A stretch of DNA of 33,232 nt from Candidatus Bathyarchaeum sp. (GTDB lineage Archaea > Thermoproteota > Bathyarchaeia > Bathyarchaeales > Bathyarchaeaceae), in assembly GCA_026014495.1 (NCBI GenBank), contig JAOZIF010000017.1, positions 1 to 33,232 of the forward strand. Direction: 5' to 3'. Shown here piece by piece: positions 15,031-25,033 of the stretch. Positions within the stretch are counted from its first letter, which is position 1; every line of letters starts with the position of its first letter. Both the position numbers and the translations under genes were made by a program. Under the pieces are notes generated by a model. That model was not told where the DNA came from. It ran no database searches and worked only from the letters and a program-made list of their open reading frames with translations.

Positions 15031-17784
15031 TTATTTTTGTTTTCTGAGTGCAAAGAAACTGACTAGCCCAACGATTATGGCAACTATAACTGCTGCTAAG
15101 ATTGCTAGGTCTATTGTTGTGTATTCTGCTGGGGTTTCTGTTGCTTGTTGCTGTTCTGGAAGTTTGTTTACAACTGCTTGTGCGACTTCTTCGGCAGTAG
15201 GAACGTCTGGGTACTCTGGGTCTGCAGGTAATTGATTTACGATTTCTTGTGCAATATCGTTAGCACTGGGATTAGCTGGCAGGTTATCTAAGACTTTTTG
15301 TGCAATCTCGTCAGCTGTAGGGTATGTGGGTTCCGGTGGAGACGTATATTGTTCTGCTGGAAGAGCTTCTGTGAAACAGTGGATACCGAAATTCATGCTG
15401 CTTACGTAGAGTTCACCATTATATGGTGTTGGGCTTGACTTTGACATCCCTATATCTGCGTAATAAGAGAGTTTTTCACCAGTTAATGCATCAAGAACAT
15501 AGAGTACCTTTGTTTCAGTTACAACATATAACCTGTTGTACGAGTAGGTTACGCCTTGGGAATAAGTTTCTCGTGCAAGATATGTATACCATAGCTCACT
15601 TGCATCCGTTGCATTGAGACAGACAATTCCGTAGTAGTCATTAAAGTAGACTTTTCCATATTTGTACAAAACTGCATCATAAAGACCAGTGGCTCCGGCT
15701 TGTTCTGGAGTAGAAGGATTATGTCTACCATCATACATCCATATCTCCTCGCCTGTGCTTGCATTGACAGCAAAAGTATAACGAAAATCACTTCGTGCAT
15801 AAACAACTCCGTCAGCAACTGTTGGCGATGCATAGATAGCTGAAGAATAGAAGTAGAAATAAGGAAGTGTAAAATTCCAGATTTGAGTTCCAGTGTCCGC
15901 GTTGAGCTTAATTAGTAGACCCTTTACGTAAGGAATGGCTGCAGTAATATAGACTTCGTTGTCGACCACAGCTGGCGTAGCATGGACAGTTCCACCTGTT
16001 GCATATGTCCATATTAAATCTCCAGAGGAAATTGAATAACAGTAAACATTCCCGTCAAGAGAACCAACATAGAGTTTATCTCCAGAAACTGTTGGAGAGC
16101 TACGCACAAGACTATTATGTGTCAAGCCATCTGCTGGCTCGCTTGCTGTCCATATTAGGTTTCCTGTAGCCGCGTCTAAACAGTAGACGTTTCCATCATC
16201 AGCACCAGTATATACTCTGCCATTTAGAACTGCCAGTTGTGACCTAACTTGATGATCCGTTTTGAACCTCCACAATTCGGTTCCATCTGCGGCATCGATA
16301 GCATATATGTTACTATCTAAACAACCGAAATAACATACACCATCCACGAGTGTGGGTGGAGATACTACTGCAGCATCAGCATCGAATTTCCATTTGAGCA
16401 TTATATCTGTTGGACCTGCTCCATCAGCCGAGTTTTCTGGGTCGCTGAGTAGCATTGACCAATCTTTAACTTCACTGCTGATACACCAGAGCTCACGTCC
16501 GAGAGCATATGAATAGGTATATTCACCAGTTTTTGTCGACGATACTGTCGGTATAACATAGAGGTTTCCGTAGGCAATACAGTGATAGCTCATTGGTGCA
16601 TCGTTCTCCATAGGCAGAGTCCATATCAGTTCTCCGGTGTACGCATCGTAGCAGTTATACTCTGAATAAGCATACTCGCCGGTGTCATAGTCGCGATATA
16701 TGTTCTCACCCATTTGGGCGTAAACTTTGCCGTCTGCAATCACTACAGTGCCTGGATAGGCGACACCTGGTCCTTTAGCTCTCCATATCAATTCGCCAGT
16801 TGTACCATTTACTGCATACAAGTGTGTATCTGTGTTCATAGAGTATACAATGCCATAGGCGTAAGCTGTTGATGAAGAGAATGTGCTAAAGAAAGTGTTT
16901 GGATCGTATGTCCACAATAACTTGCCAGTGTCGGCATCCCAGCCGTACATTTTGCCATCTATGGCAGCGTGAAATACCTTTCCATCACCATAAGCCATTC
17001 CATAAATCCACTCTGTTGAAGTAGTTGGTGTTTCCCAAAGTAGTGCTCCATTTGTAGCGTCATAGGCTCTTAGGAAGCTATCTGAGCAACCGAAAAACAG
17101 TTTTCCATCACCGTAAGCTACGTATCCTGAACCGTCTATTGAGTCAGTTCTAGTCCAAACTTTGGTTGGCGGTTGCGAAGGATCAGACAGGTCCCAAGCA
17201 TTGGTACCATCGAGCAACAATTTGAGCTCCGGTATATATCCTGCTCCAGTCCACATTAACAAAGGTGTAGAAAAGCCAGCTGGACCGGTCCAAACCACTG
17301 TACCGTCTGCAATTTTAACGCATTTGTTATAAACAAGCATATAATCATCATCGATTTTTGATATAGCGTGTCCCCATCCGTATCCGTATTGATCTCCGCC
17401 GACTCCTTCTGCAATCCAAACGATGTCTCCCGAAGCTGCGTCTACTGCAACAGTTGAATTATTTGTTTGAAGGAAGACCATCCCATTAAACGCCACTAGC
17501 GGTCCAGTTAAGAACTCGGCATTAGGAAGATCTTCACTCATTGTTACTTTCCATTGGACAGCAGATGATGTGGGGGCAGGTCCTTCAACGAAGCACGCGC
17601 CGTCAGGCGCACCAGATGGATGTGGCCATTCATATTGAAGTAAATCACTACTGATAGCTGCTTTAACATCAGTGATTCCAGAGTTAGAGAGCATTAAGAA
17701 TGAGGCAGAAAACAGCAATGCAATAACAATAATGGTTGATGTCTTTTTAATGTTCATTTTTTTTATTTTCATATTTATTTTCAC
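15031..17784 (-). CDS. secreted PQQ/BamB-type beta-propeller repeat protein with C-terminal TM anchor
   Basis: Signal peptide (KKTSTIIVIALLFSASFLML); many A.D..TG..LW repeats; Pro-rich stalk, TM helix and basic tail. The exact start among several is uncertain. Confidence 0.88.
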   Translation of the reverse strand: MKINMKIKKMNIKKTSTIIVIALLFSASFLMLSNSGITDVKAAISSDLLQYEWPHPSGAPDGACFVEGPAPTSSAVQWKVTMSEDLPNAEFLTGPLVAFNGMVFLQTNNSTVAVDAASGDIVWIAEGVGGDQYGYGWGHAISKIDDDYMLVYNKCVKIADGTVVWTGPAGFSTPLLMWTGAGYIPELKLLLDGTNAWDLSDPSQPPTKVWTRTDSIDGSGYVAYGDGKLFFGCSDSFLRAYDATNGALLWETPTTSTEWIYGMAYGDGKVFHAAIDGKMYGWDADTGKLLWTYDPNTFFSTFSSSTAYAYGIVYSMNTDTHLYAVNGTTGELIWRAKGPGVAYPGTVVIADGKVYAQMGENIYRDYDTGEYAYSEYNCYDAYTGELIWTLPMENDAPMSYHCIAYGNLYVIPTVSSTKTGEYTYSYALGRELWCISSEVKDWSMLLSDPENSADGAGPTDIMLKWKFDADAAVVSPPTLVDGVCYFGCLDSNIYAIDAADGTELWRFKTDHQVRSQLAVLNGRVYTGADDGNVYCLDAATGNLIWTASEPADGLTHNSLVRSSPTVSGDKLYVGSLDGNVYCYSISSGDLIWTYATGGTVHATPAVVDNEVYITAAIPYVKGLLIKLNADTGTQIWNFTLPYFYFYSSAIYASPTVADGVVYARSDFRYTFAVNASTGEEIWMYDGRHNPSTPEQAGATGLYDAVLYKYGKVYFNDYYGIVCLNATDASELWYTYLARETYSQGVTYSYNRLYVVTETKVLYVLDALTGEKLSYYADIGMSKSSPTPYNGELYVSSMNFGIHCFTEALPAEQYTSPPEPTYPTADEIAQKVLDNLPANPSANDIAQEIVNQLPADPEYPDVPTAEEVAQAVVNKLPEQQQATETPAEYTTIDLAILAAVIVAIIVGLVSFFALRKQK
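15157..15321 (-). repeat. three-copy protein stalk repeat P(T/S)A-x-(E/D)-(I/V)-AQ-x-(V/I)-x-x-x-LP
   Basis: PTADEIAQKVLDNLP / PSANDIAQEIVNQLP / PTAEEVAQAVVNKLP in the translation. Confidence 0.8.
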
Positions 17785-17893
17785 AATTTAGTTTTAAAGG
17801 ACATGATTTGTTTAAAAATAATTGTAAGAAAATTAAATTCAGACAAGTTTACAGTTTAAAGGCTTAAATCCTCAAAAAGCAAATTAAAAGCTA

Positions 17894-18682
17894 ATGAAAG
17901 AGGAGCAGCATATGGAAGACATTTTACAATCTTTGACCGAATTAGGCTTAACCACATTACAGGCTAGAATTATATATGCCCTTCAGAAGGTGGACAAATC
18001 AACCGTAAAAAGCATATCAAAGGATTTAGACATTCATCGGCAACAAATCTATCCATCACTGACTGCGTTGGGAAAAATGGGTTTGATTGAAAAACACCTC
18101 GGCAGACCAAACAGGTATAGCTCTTTAGAATTAGAAGACATTTTTACAGTTCTGCTTGAACAGAAATCCAAGTGGATTGCTGATATGAAACAAAAAACTT
18201 CAGAATTTACGAAAGAATTCAATAAAAAAATGCAAGAACTAAAAAACGACGAATATTCATTCACACTTGTTACTGGAAAAGCACAGTTTAAACACGCATT
18301 GAATGAGTGGTCACAACAGGCACAAACAATAGACATGGTCATTAAATTTGATGCTCTTTCAAAACATCTGGAAACGGAATTAGAAACGCACAAAACAAAA
18401 TATAGAAAAGATGTTAAGTGGCGAATAGTTACTGATGCTCTCCCAAAAAACAGTATGGTCGTCAAAGCGATTGCTAAGGGGCAAAAAATTAGATTCAGCA
18501 AGCTCACTATTCCGGTTGAAATTGCAGTTTACAATAAGTGTAGAGCGCATTTGGCTATTTTTTCAGACAGAAATAACGTGTATAAAACAGATGTGGACTG
18601 TTTAACTTCGAATCACCCTTGCTTCGTGGCAATGCTTCAAAGCTACTTTGACACATTATGGAAAACTGCGACACCACCGTAA
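17894..18682 (+). CDS. TrmB-family transcriptional regulator
   Basis: LTELGLTTLQARIIYAL...SISKDLDIHRQQIYPSLTALGKMGLIEK..GRPNRY wHTH plus PLD-like effector domain; divergent from the beta-propeller gene. Confidence 0.85.
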   Translation: MKEEQHMEDILQSLTELGLTTLQARIIYALQKVDKSTVKSISKDLDIHRQQIYPSLTALGKMGLIEKHLGRPNRYSSLELEDIFTVLLEQKSKWIADMKQKTSEFTKEFNKKMQELKNDEYSFTLVTGKAQFKHALNEWSQQAQTIDMVIKFDALSKHLETELETHKTKYRKDVKWRIVTDALPKNSMVVKAIAKGQKIRFSKLTIPVEIAVYNKCRAHLAIFSDRNNVYKTDVDCLTSNHPCFVAMLQSYFDTLWKTATPP

Positions 18683-18967
18683 TAACATTGCCGCAACTCG
18701 ATTAGTCCAATTATGTTGAAAAATGTCCTTTTTTGGTTTTTGGCTAAATCTAAAGAAAAACTGAGTTGTTAAACTTTTCATTTTTTCTTTGTTTTGAGAC
18801 TTCACAACTAAAACCGGAAAAACGATTTATCAAACAAAACCCTTATTTCTCTACGCTGTGTCTAAATGAAATTTGTTATTTGAAGAATCTGTCTTAGGTT
18901 AAATCCCATAAAAAATTGTGTTGATTTATTAATGAGAACAGAACTTTCCTGTAACAATACACACTAA

Positions 18968-19043
18968 AGCCCGGTGGTGTAGTGGTCAATCATGGGGGCC
19001 TCTGGAGCCCCTGACGGGAGTTCGAATCTCCCCCGGGCTACCA
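18968..19043 (+). tRNA. tRNA-Gln(CTG), no intron, encoded CCA
   Basis: Acceptor AGCCCGG/CCGGGCT (A1-U72, typical of archaeal tRNA-Gln); anticodon arm GGGGC-CTCTGGA-GCCCC; GTTCGAATC T-loop. Confidence 0.96.
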
Positions 19044-19067
19044 CTTGAAATGCTTTATTAGTCATTT

Positions 19068-19268
19068 TTGTCTAGTTTTGTTGGTTCACAGGTTTTTGTG
19101 TTTGAGGTTTTGGTTTTGGTTGAGCGTAAGTGTGAGTGTTGTGGTGCTGCTTTAAGTGACGATGATGTTATGAAGATTATTCTTGAGGATGGTTCGTGTG
19201 AGGTGTTTCCTTTTTCTAAGTGTCCTGAGTGCTTCAAGAAAGAGCTGTCAAAGAAGGCACACCGTTAG
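19068..19268 (+). CDS. small Zn-finger protein (putative)
   Basis: CECCG...CPEC. The start is probably TTG 19116, after GAGGT at 19104-19108. Confidence 0.45.
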   Translation: MSSFVGSQVFVFEVLVLVERKCECCGAALSDDDVMKIILEDGSCEVFPFSKCPECFKKELSKKAHR

Positions 19269-19309
19269 CAAACAGGTTAACATTGTTTTCTAACTTTAAA
19301 TAGTCAATA

Positions 19310-19846
19310 ATGCCAAGACATTTGTTGGAGTGTGGAAGAACGAAAAAACCTGATTTTGAATCCGCCGAGTCCCTTCACAATAACTGGCTAGCGTACAGCA
19401 TCAAATATGACATCAACAAGGACATCGAACCCCTGTATCCACTACTAAATGACCCCTCAGCATTCACGCGAACAGAAACACAAGTATTAGATGCACTCTA
19501 CAACGCAACACTACTAGTTTTAGAGTCAACACCACACATTGACCCTGAACAAAAAACCCGCGCCTTATACTTCCAGTACAATCTGTGCTCATGCGATGCA
19601 TGCAAAAAAGAGTGCGCAGCACACATAAACAAGAAAGGACAAATTCGCATATCCCAAAAAGTTTTCCAAAACAAACTAAAATCTCCTCCACCAGCAGGAC
19701 TTTTAGAAATTATGTACATACTGCTCCACGAAATGATGCATGGCATTTTTCCAGAACTAGACGAAGAGCCAATAATAGAAAAAACAGAGCAAACATGGAA
19801 AAGTGGCATGTTTGAATTAGCAAAAGAAAAACTCAACAAAAACTAG
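19310..19846 (+). CDS. HExxH (zincin-like) protein with CxCxxC motif
   Basis: ILLHEMMHGIF...DEE plus NLCSCDAC. Confidence 0.6.
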   Translation: MPRHLLECGRTKKPDFESAESLHNNWLAYSIKYDINKDIEPLYPLLNDPSAFTRTETQVLDALYNATLLVLESTPHIDPEQKTRALYFQYNLCSCDACKKECAAHINKKGQIRISQKVFQNKLKSPPPAGLLEIMYILLHEMMHGIFPELDEEPIIEKTEQTWKSGMFELAKEKLNKN

Positions 19847-19996
19847 CTGTAGTGTGCACAAATGCAAGTGTAGTAAAAAACACATTTTTGATTAGATGTT
19901 GAGTTAAAATCTCGTCTATGCACCATTAACAGAATAGCGCACTGAACCAAAAAATAGTAAAAAGACAGGAAAGGGGTAGAGCAGATAAAAAACGGG

Positions 19997-21133
19997 TTAT
20001 TTCCGTTTTTTAAGTGCCCAAAAGGCTACTACGCCTATAATGCACGCTACTGCAACTGCAACTATGATTGCCCAGTCCATAGACAGTAGAGCCTCTTCTG
20101 TGGAACCCTCAACTGGTGTGTCTGTTTCTGGACTATCTGCGGGCATTGCTGCGTCAGGGTCTATTGTTTCTTCATCAAGGGATATGTCATTAGCACCAGT
20201 AAATTCTATTACGTGGCTGCTGTGGATGTAGTTAACGTGAAAGATGTAATGTGTTCCATTGTACTTTTGGGTATAGTCATCACCTCGCACTAATTCGTAC
20301 CCGTCCATGTTTAATGAGAAAGTGCCCCAAAGCAGATCATCGGGAACAGCAACATAACAAGAGCCAGATGTTCCAGTTTTACCGGTTACATTCAAAAACA
20401 AACTTTGCTCGGTTTCATTGTACGAGAAACGCAGTATATCGGAGTCACTGCTCACTGCCACAGGATACTGTTTAGAATCAATTAACGGATAAAACACCTG
20501 TTCTAGTCCAACATCTTGAAAGTGAATATTCAAAGTTTGTGTAATATCATCAGCAACCCCTGAACCTGTTATTCTATATTTAACAAGTATCCCTGTTGCT
20601 TTTTCCCAATAATATTCCTCGTCATACTGCTGACCATCATCAGACGTGTACGATACAGTAAGACGATTAACTTCCATGTGTGCGCTCCCATAATTCAGAA
20701 AAAGAGTTTCTGTTACACGTGGAACATTTTCAGTGGTTCCATTCTCATCAGTCAAATCAGGGTACACAATGTCGCCTTCATTGAGGTTTGCTGAAATAAT
20801 AACAAAAAATCCTGATCCATCACCATCACTTACGTCTATCCAAGACAAACCTGATTCTTCAGTTCCATTAAAGAAATCTCTTACAAAACTAAAAGTAACG
20901 TTAGTTCCAATAACTTGTTGAATTGTAATTGTTTCAAGGTAACTAACAGTGAACGGCACAGACATGTTCAAAGTCCCATCACTGTACCTTTGTGTTCCAC
21001 TGAGCGCATAAGTATAATCAGAGCTTTGCCCAACAAATACTCCAACGGTTCCCTCAGCCAATGAAGATTCTATACCTGAAAACAGCATGACAACAAGTAC
21101 AAAAACTAGCGGCAATATAATTTTTCTGTTCAT
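19997..21133 (-). CDS. secreted beta-rich surface protein with C-terminal TM anchor
   Basis: The signal peptide MNRKIILPLVFVLVVMLFSG begins at ATG 21133, so the ORF-track 21301 start looks over-extended. Many N-x-S/T sequons; acidic Pro/Thr linker, TM helix and KKRK tail. Confidence 0.75.
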   Translation of the reverse strand: MNRKIILPLVFVLVVMLFSGIESSLAEGTVGVFVGQSSDYTYALSGTQRYSDGTLNMSVPFTVSYLETITIQQVIGTNVTFSFVRDFFNGTEESGLSWIDVSDGDGSGFFVIISANLNEGDIVYPDLTDENGTTENVPRVTETLFLNYGSAHMEVNRLTVSYTSDDGQQYDEEYYWEKATGILVKYRITGSGVADDITQTLNIHFQDVGLEQVFYPLIDSKQYPVAVSSDSDILRFSYNETEQSLFLNVTGKTGTSGSCYVAVPDDLLWGTFSLNMDGYELVRGDDYTQKYNGTHYIFHVNYIHSSHVIEFTGANDISLDEETIDPDAAMPADSPETDTPVEGSTEEALLSMDWAIIVAVAVACIIGVVAFWALKKRK

Positions 21134-21337
21134 ATCTGTCACATCAACGATTCGAATAGTTTTTGATGTATAACGGCATACAGCTATTAAGTTTGCTATA
21201 AAACATCCAAAAATGAGCAAACAGCTAGAATTCAATTGTGTCACACAAACATTATATGTTAAACTACAAGTTGTATTAACAGTGAATCTATAATAGCACA
21301 CATTTTACAGAAAAAAGGGGGAAAAATCAAGCCAAAA

Positions 21338-24271
21338 ATGTCGTCACACAAATTAGCTGACAAAAAAAGCGTAGATATAGATGAGCAAATTCTGATACTG
21401 GTTTTGCATGTCGACGACGAAACAGGCTTTTTGGATACTACAAAAAAAATCCTAGAAATGAACGCCCCAACACTACACGTGTATGATGCCGCATCTGTTA
21501 ATGAAGCAAAACAAATTTTGCAAACAAAAAAAATCGACATCATCATTTCTGATTATGAGATGCCAGATGAATCTGGTTTAGAATTTCTTACAGAACTGCG
21601 CAAGACAAAAACAAACACACCATTTATACTGTTCACGGGAAAAGGCAGAGAAGAAATAGCCATTGAAGCACTTAATATTGGTGCTGACGGCTACTTGAAC
21701 AAAATGGGCAAACCAGCAACAGTGTATGGTCAATTAGTGCATTCAATATATTCATGCGTAAAAGCCAAACGCTCAGAAGATGAACTGGCAAAGTTTAAGA
21801 CAATTTCAGACAAAGCAGGCTACGGAGTAATGCTAATAGAACTGAACGGCAACATAATTTATGCAAATGAATCGCTTGCAAAAATGCACGGATACGCCAC
21901 AAATGAATTGGTAGGCAAAAACCATCTAATTCTGCACACAAAAAAAACGCACACATATATAGAAAACTCAAAGAAACAGCTTTTTGAAACAGACTATATG
22001 GTGATGGAAGAGAAGCACCTCAAGAAAGACGGCACACTAATACCTGTTTTAAGTAATATCAGCATAATCAAAGACAAAAAAGGCGCTCCATCATTTGTTG
22101 CAGTTATAGTTACAGACATTACTGAAAAGAAAATCGCTGAACAGAACCTGAAAGCATCAGAAAAACGGTTAAGAACCACACTTGATACCATGCTGGAAGG
22201 CTGCCAAATAATCGACTACAACTGGCGTTACATATACGTTAATGATGCCACAGTAAAACATGGACGCACAACAAAAAAGAAGCTTCTTGGAAAAACAATG
22301 ATGGAAGTATACCCTGGAATTGAAGAAACAAAACTATTTTCTGTTCTTCGCAGGTGCATGCAAGAACGCACAACAAAACATGTTGAAAACGAGTTCACAT
22401 ACCCAAATGGCGAAAAAAGTTGGTTTGAGCTCAGAATTCAACCAGTACCCGAAGGCATATTCATATTATCAATAGACATCACCGAACGCAAAAAAGCAGA
22501 AGAAACCGTGAAACTATCAGAGGAGTGGTACAAAACAATTTTTGAGACAACTGGTACCTCAATGTGCATTATTGAAGAGGAAAAAACGTTTTATCTGGTC
22601 AACCGAGAGTTCGAAAAATTATCTGGATATTCTCAAAAAGAATTAAAAAACAAAAAGTGGACCGATTTTGTTACCCCAAAGTACTTGGAGCGCATGAAGA
22701 AATATCACGAAGCAAGAAGAAAAAATGGAGAACCAGCACCTAAACAATACACATTTGATTTCATCAACAAAAATGGGCAAATAAAGAATGTTATGCTCAG
22801 AGTTGACGTAATTCCTGGAACAAAAAAGTCAGTAACTTCCATCATAGACCTAACTGACCGTAAGATAGCACAAGAAAAAGTGAAAGAAAGTGAAAGGATA
22901 TTTAGGCGCCTCTTTGAAAACATGCAAGAAGGCGTGGCTATTCACGAAATCATGTATGATGAGAAAGGAAGACCAGAAAATTATTGGATATTAGACGTAA
23001 ACAAAAAGTTTGAATCAATACTTTCTCTTAAAAAGAACAACATTATTGGCAAATCCTCCACTGAAGCGTATAAAGTAAAAGAGCCACCTTTTCTTGAGAT
23101 ATATTCCAAAGTGTCAGAAACAGGAAAACCAGTACACTTTGAAGAATATTTCCAGCCAATGGACAAACATTTTAGCATATCAGCGTTTTCAATAAAAAAA
23201 GGAAGATTTGCAACAGTTTTTGAAGACATTACTGAACGCAAGAAAACGGAAGAAAAAATTCAGAGCTTGGCGAAGTTTCCGTCTGAAAACCCTAATCCAG
23301 TGTTGCGTATACAAAAAAATGGAAAGGTACTATTCACAAACAAAGCCGCAGAAAGCGTCATCAGCGAATCAAAACAAGACAAAAAACATCATACACTCAA
23401 ACTGATTAGAAAAGCAGCCATTGATTGTCTCTGCTCAGATTCTGCCAAAGAGATTGAAATTAGTCATAGAAACAAAATATTCTCGTTTGTATTTGCGCCA
23501 ATAACTGATTGGAACTATTGCAACGTGTATGGTCGAGACATTACTAAACTTAAGAAGGCTGAAAAAGCTTTGACCGACGCTGTTGCCGAGTCGGCATTAG
23601 TTAATGAAAAGCTAAGTGTAGTTGGCAAGTTGACTAGGCATGATGTTAGAAACAAATTGTCAGTTGTTGCTGGAAACATTTTCATAGCAAAAGAGCTATT
23701 GCCGCCTGACCATGATGCAACACAATACTTGAAAAAAGCAGAGCCTGCCTTTGAACAAATTGACCATATTTTTGAGCGCGCAAAAATCTATGAGCGTTTA
23801 GGTGTAGACAAATTATCATATATTGATGTAAAAAAAAATTGTGAAGAAGCACTTGCAATCATAGATAATTTGGACAACATAAAAGTAGTAATGGATTGTA
23901 GAGGATTGACTGTTTATGCGGACTCATTACTGGAACAGCTTTTCTACAACCTAATCGATAACTCGATCAAGCATGGCGAAAATGTCAGCAAAATAAGAAT
24001 ATACTACAAAGAAAACAAAGACGGGCTGAAACTGATTTATGAAGATAATGGTGTTGGCATAACTAAAGCTGAGAAAAAAAAGATTTTCAGAGAAGGCTAT
24101 GGAAAAGGCACTGGAATTGGGTTACGAATGATACAAATGATGTGCAGTATATACGATTGGACTATCCAAGAAACAGGCAAAAAAGGCAAAGGTGCGCGGT
24201 TCACAATAATGATTCCAAAAAAAACCAAAAACGGAAAAAAAGCATACATTCTTTCTAGTGAAGAAAACTAA
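21338..24271 (+). CDS. hybrid sensor histidine kinase REC-(PAS)x5-HisKA-HATPase
   Basis: REC (LHVDD, IISDYEMP, LFTGKG); five PAS/PAC ends (DITEKK, DITERK, DLTDRK, DITERK, DITKLK); H-box RHDVRN; N, G1 and G2 boxes (NLIDNSIKH, EDNGVG, GTGIGL). Confidence 0.92.
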   Translation: MSSHKLADKKSVDIDEQILILVLHVDDETGFLDTTKKILEMNAPTLHVYDAASVNEAKQILQTKKIDIIISDYEMPDESGLEFLTELRKTKTNTPFILFTGKGREEIAIEALNIGADGYLNKMGKPATVYGQLVHSIYSCVKAKRSEDELAKFKTISDKAGYGVMLIELNGNIIYANESLAKMHGYATNELVGKNHLILHTKKTHTYIENSKKQLFETDYMVMEEKHLKKDGTLIPVLSNISIIKDKKGAPSFVAVIVTDITEKKIAEQNLKASEKRLRTTLDTMLEGCQIIDYNWRYIYVNDATVKHGRTTKKKLLGKTMMEVYPGIEETKLFSVLRRCMQERTTKHVENEFTYPNGEKSWFELRIQPVPEGIFILSIDITERKKAEETVKLSEEWYKTIFETTGTSMCIIEEEKTFYLVNREFEKLSGYSQKELKNKKWTDFVTPKYLERMKKYHEARRKNGEPAPKQYTFDFINKNGQIKNVMLRVDVIPGTKKSVTSIIDLTDRKIAQEKVKESERIFRRLFENMQEGVAIHEIMYDEKGRPENYWILDVNKKFESILSLKKNNIIGKSSTEAYKVKEPPFLEIYSKVSETGKPVHFEEYFQPMDKHFSISAFSIKKGRFATVFEDITERKKTEEKIQSLAKFPSENPNPVLRIQKNGKVLFTNKAAESVISESKQDKKHHTLKLIRKAAIDCLCSDSAKEIEISHRNKIFSFVFAPITDWNYCNVYGRDITKLKKAEKALTDAVAESALVNEKLSVVGKLTRHDVRNKLSVVAGNIFIAKELLPPDHDATQYLKKAEPAFEQIDHIFERAKIYERLGVDKLSYIDVKKNCEEALAIIDNLDNIKVVMDCRGLTVYADSLLEQLFYNLIDNSIKHGENVSKIRIYYKENKDGLKLIYEDNGVGITKAEKKKIFREGYGKGTGIGLRMIQMMCSIYDWTIQETGKKGKGARFTIMIPKKTKNGKKAYILSSEEN

Positions 24272-24308
24272 AGCGCCTTCAGAACCAAATTGATTGTTTT
24301 TCTGTTAG

Positions 24309-24803
24309 TTAATTTTCAGCCAAGAAGGTCTCAACGGCTTCAATGAAATTCAGCGTTTCAATCTCTATTTGTTTAGTTAGATTATCTAATTTGTTGAAAT
24401 CGGGGGCATCAGTTAAGGTGCATTCTATAATTGAATCAACACCTTTCGTTGTTGGTGGAAGGTAGTATTTTTCCCAATTATTAGCTTTTATTAGTTTCCA
24501 ATATTTTCTCTGAATTTTTTTGTTATATCCTACTAACCATACTTCAAACCTAAATGCTTCATGAAGATATACTATGGCAATTTTCAATTTTTTTGATTTC
24601 AAGGATTTTGGAGTGAAGGAAAAATATGTCATATCCATATAGCCGTAATAAACACTACCAGACACAAAATAATCAGGATACTTCGTTTCAAAGTATAACC
24701 TTAAAGAATTGAAATAATCCATTAAACCTCTATATGCTTCTTTAATAGCTCCCTTTTTCAGCTGTTTTCTGTATTCCTGCATATTTTCATTGAAGGATTC
24801 CAT
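24309..24803 (-). CDS. conserved hypothetical protein (DUF7000-like)
   Basis: MESFNENMQEYRKQL...YYGYMDMTYFSF...FEVWLVGYNK resembles that family (from recall). ATG 24803 preferred over TTG 24833. Confidence 0.6.
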   Translation of the reverse strand: MESFNENMQEYRKQLKKGAIKEAYRGLMDYFNSLRLYFETKYPDYFVSGSVYYGYMDMTYFSFTPKSLKSKKLKIAIVYLHEAFRFEVWLVGYNKKIQRKYWKLIKANNWEKYYLPPTTKGVDSIIECTLTDAPDFNKLDNLTKQIEIETLNFIEAVETFLAEN

Positions 24804-25033
24804 TTCAATATCTCCATCAGAATACGGGCTCAATTAATTGTTGAGTAATCATAATAAAAATATAAATTTGAAGTTAAAAAAGGACTTCTGCAAAACCTAA
24901 GAGATCGCTCATCATGCAGGGGATAAAAAGCCTAGCTTCAGTTCGAGCTATTTTACAACTTGTTTTCCATTTGACAGCCCATAACCCTTATCTGCAACGT
25001 GTAGCATGATGCGCTAATTCACGAGGGATTCAC

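Noticed and set aside
18968-19310. Integrated element at the tRNA-Gln 3' end
   Set aside because: No duplicated tRNA end (att) and no integrase found in the window.
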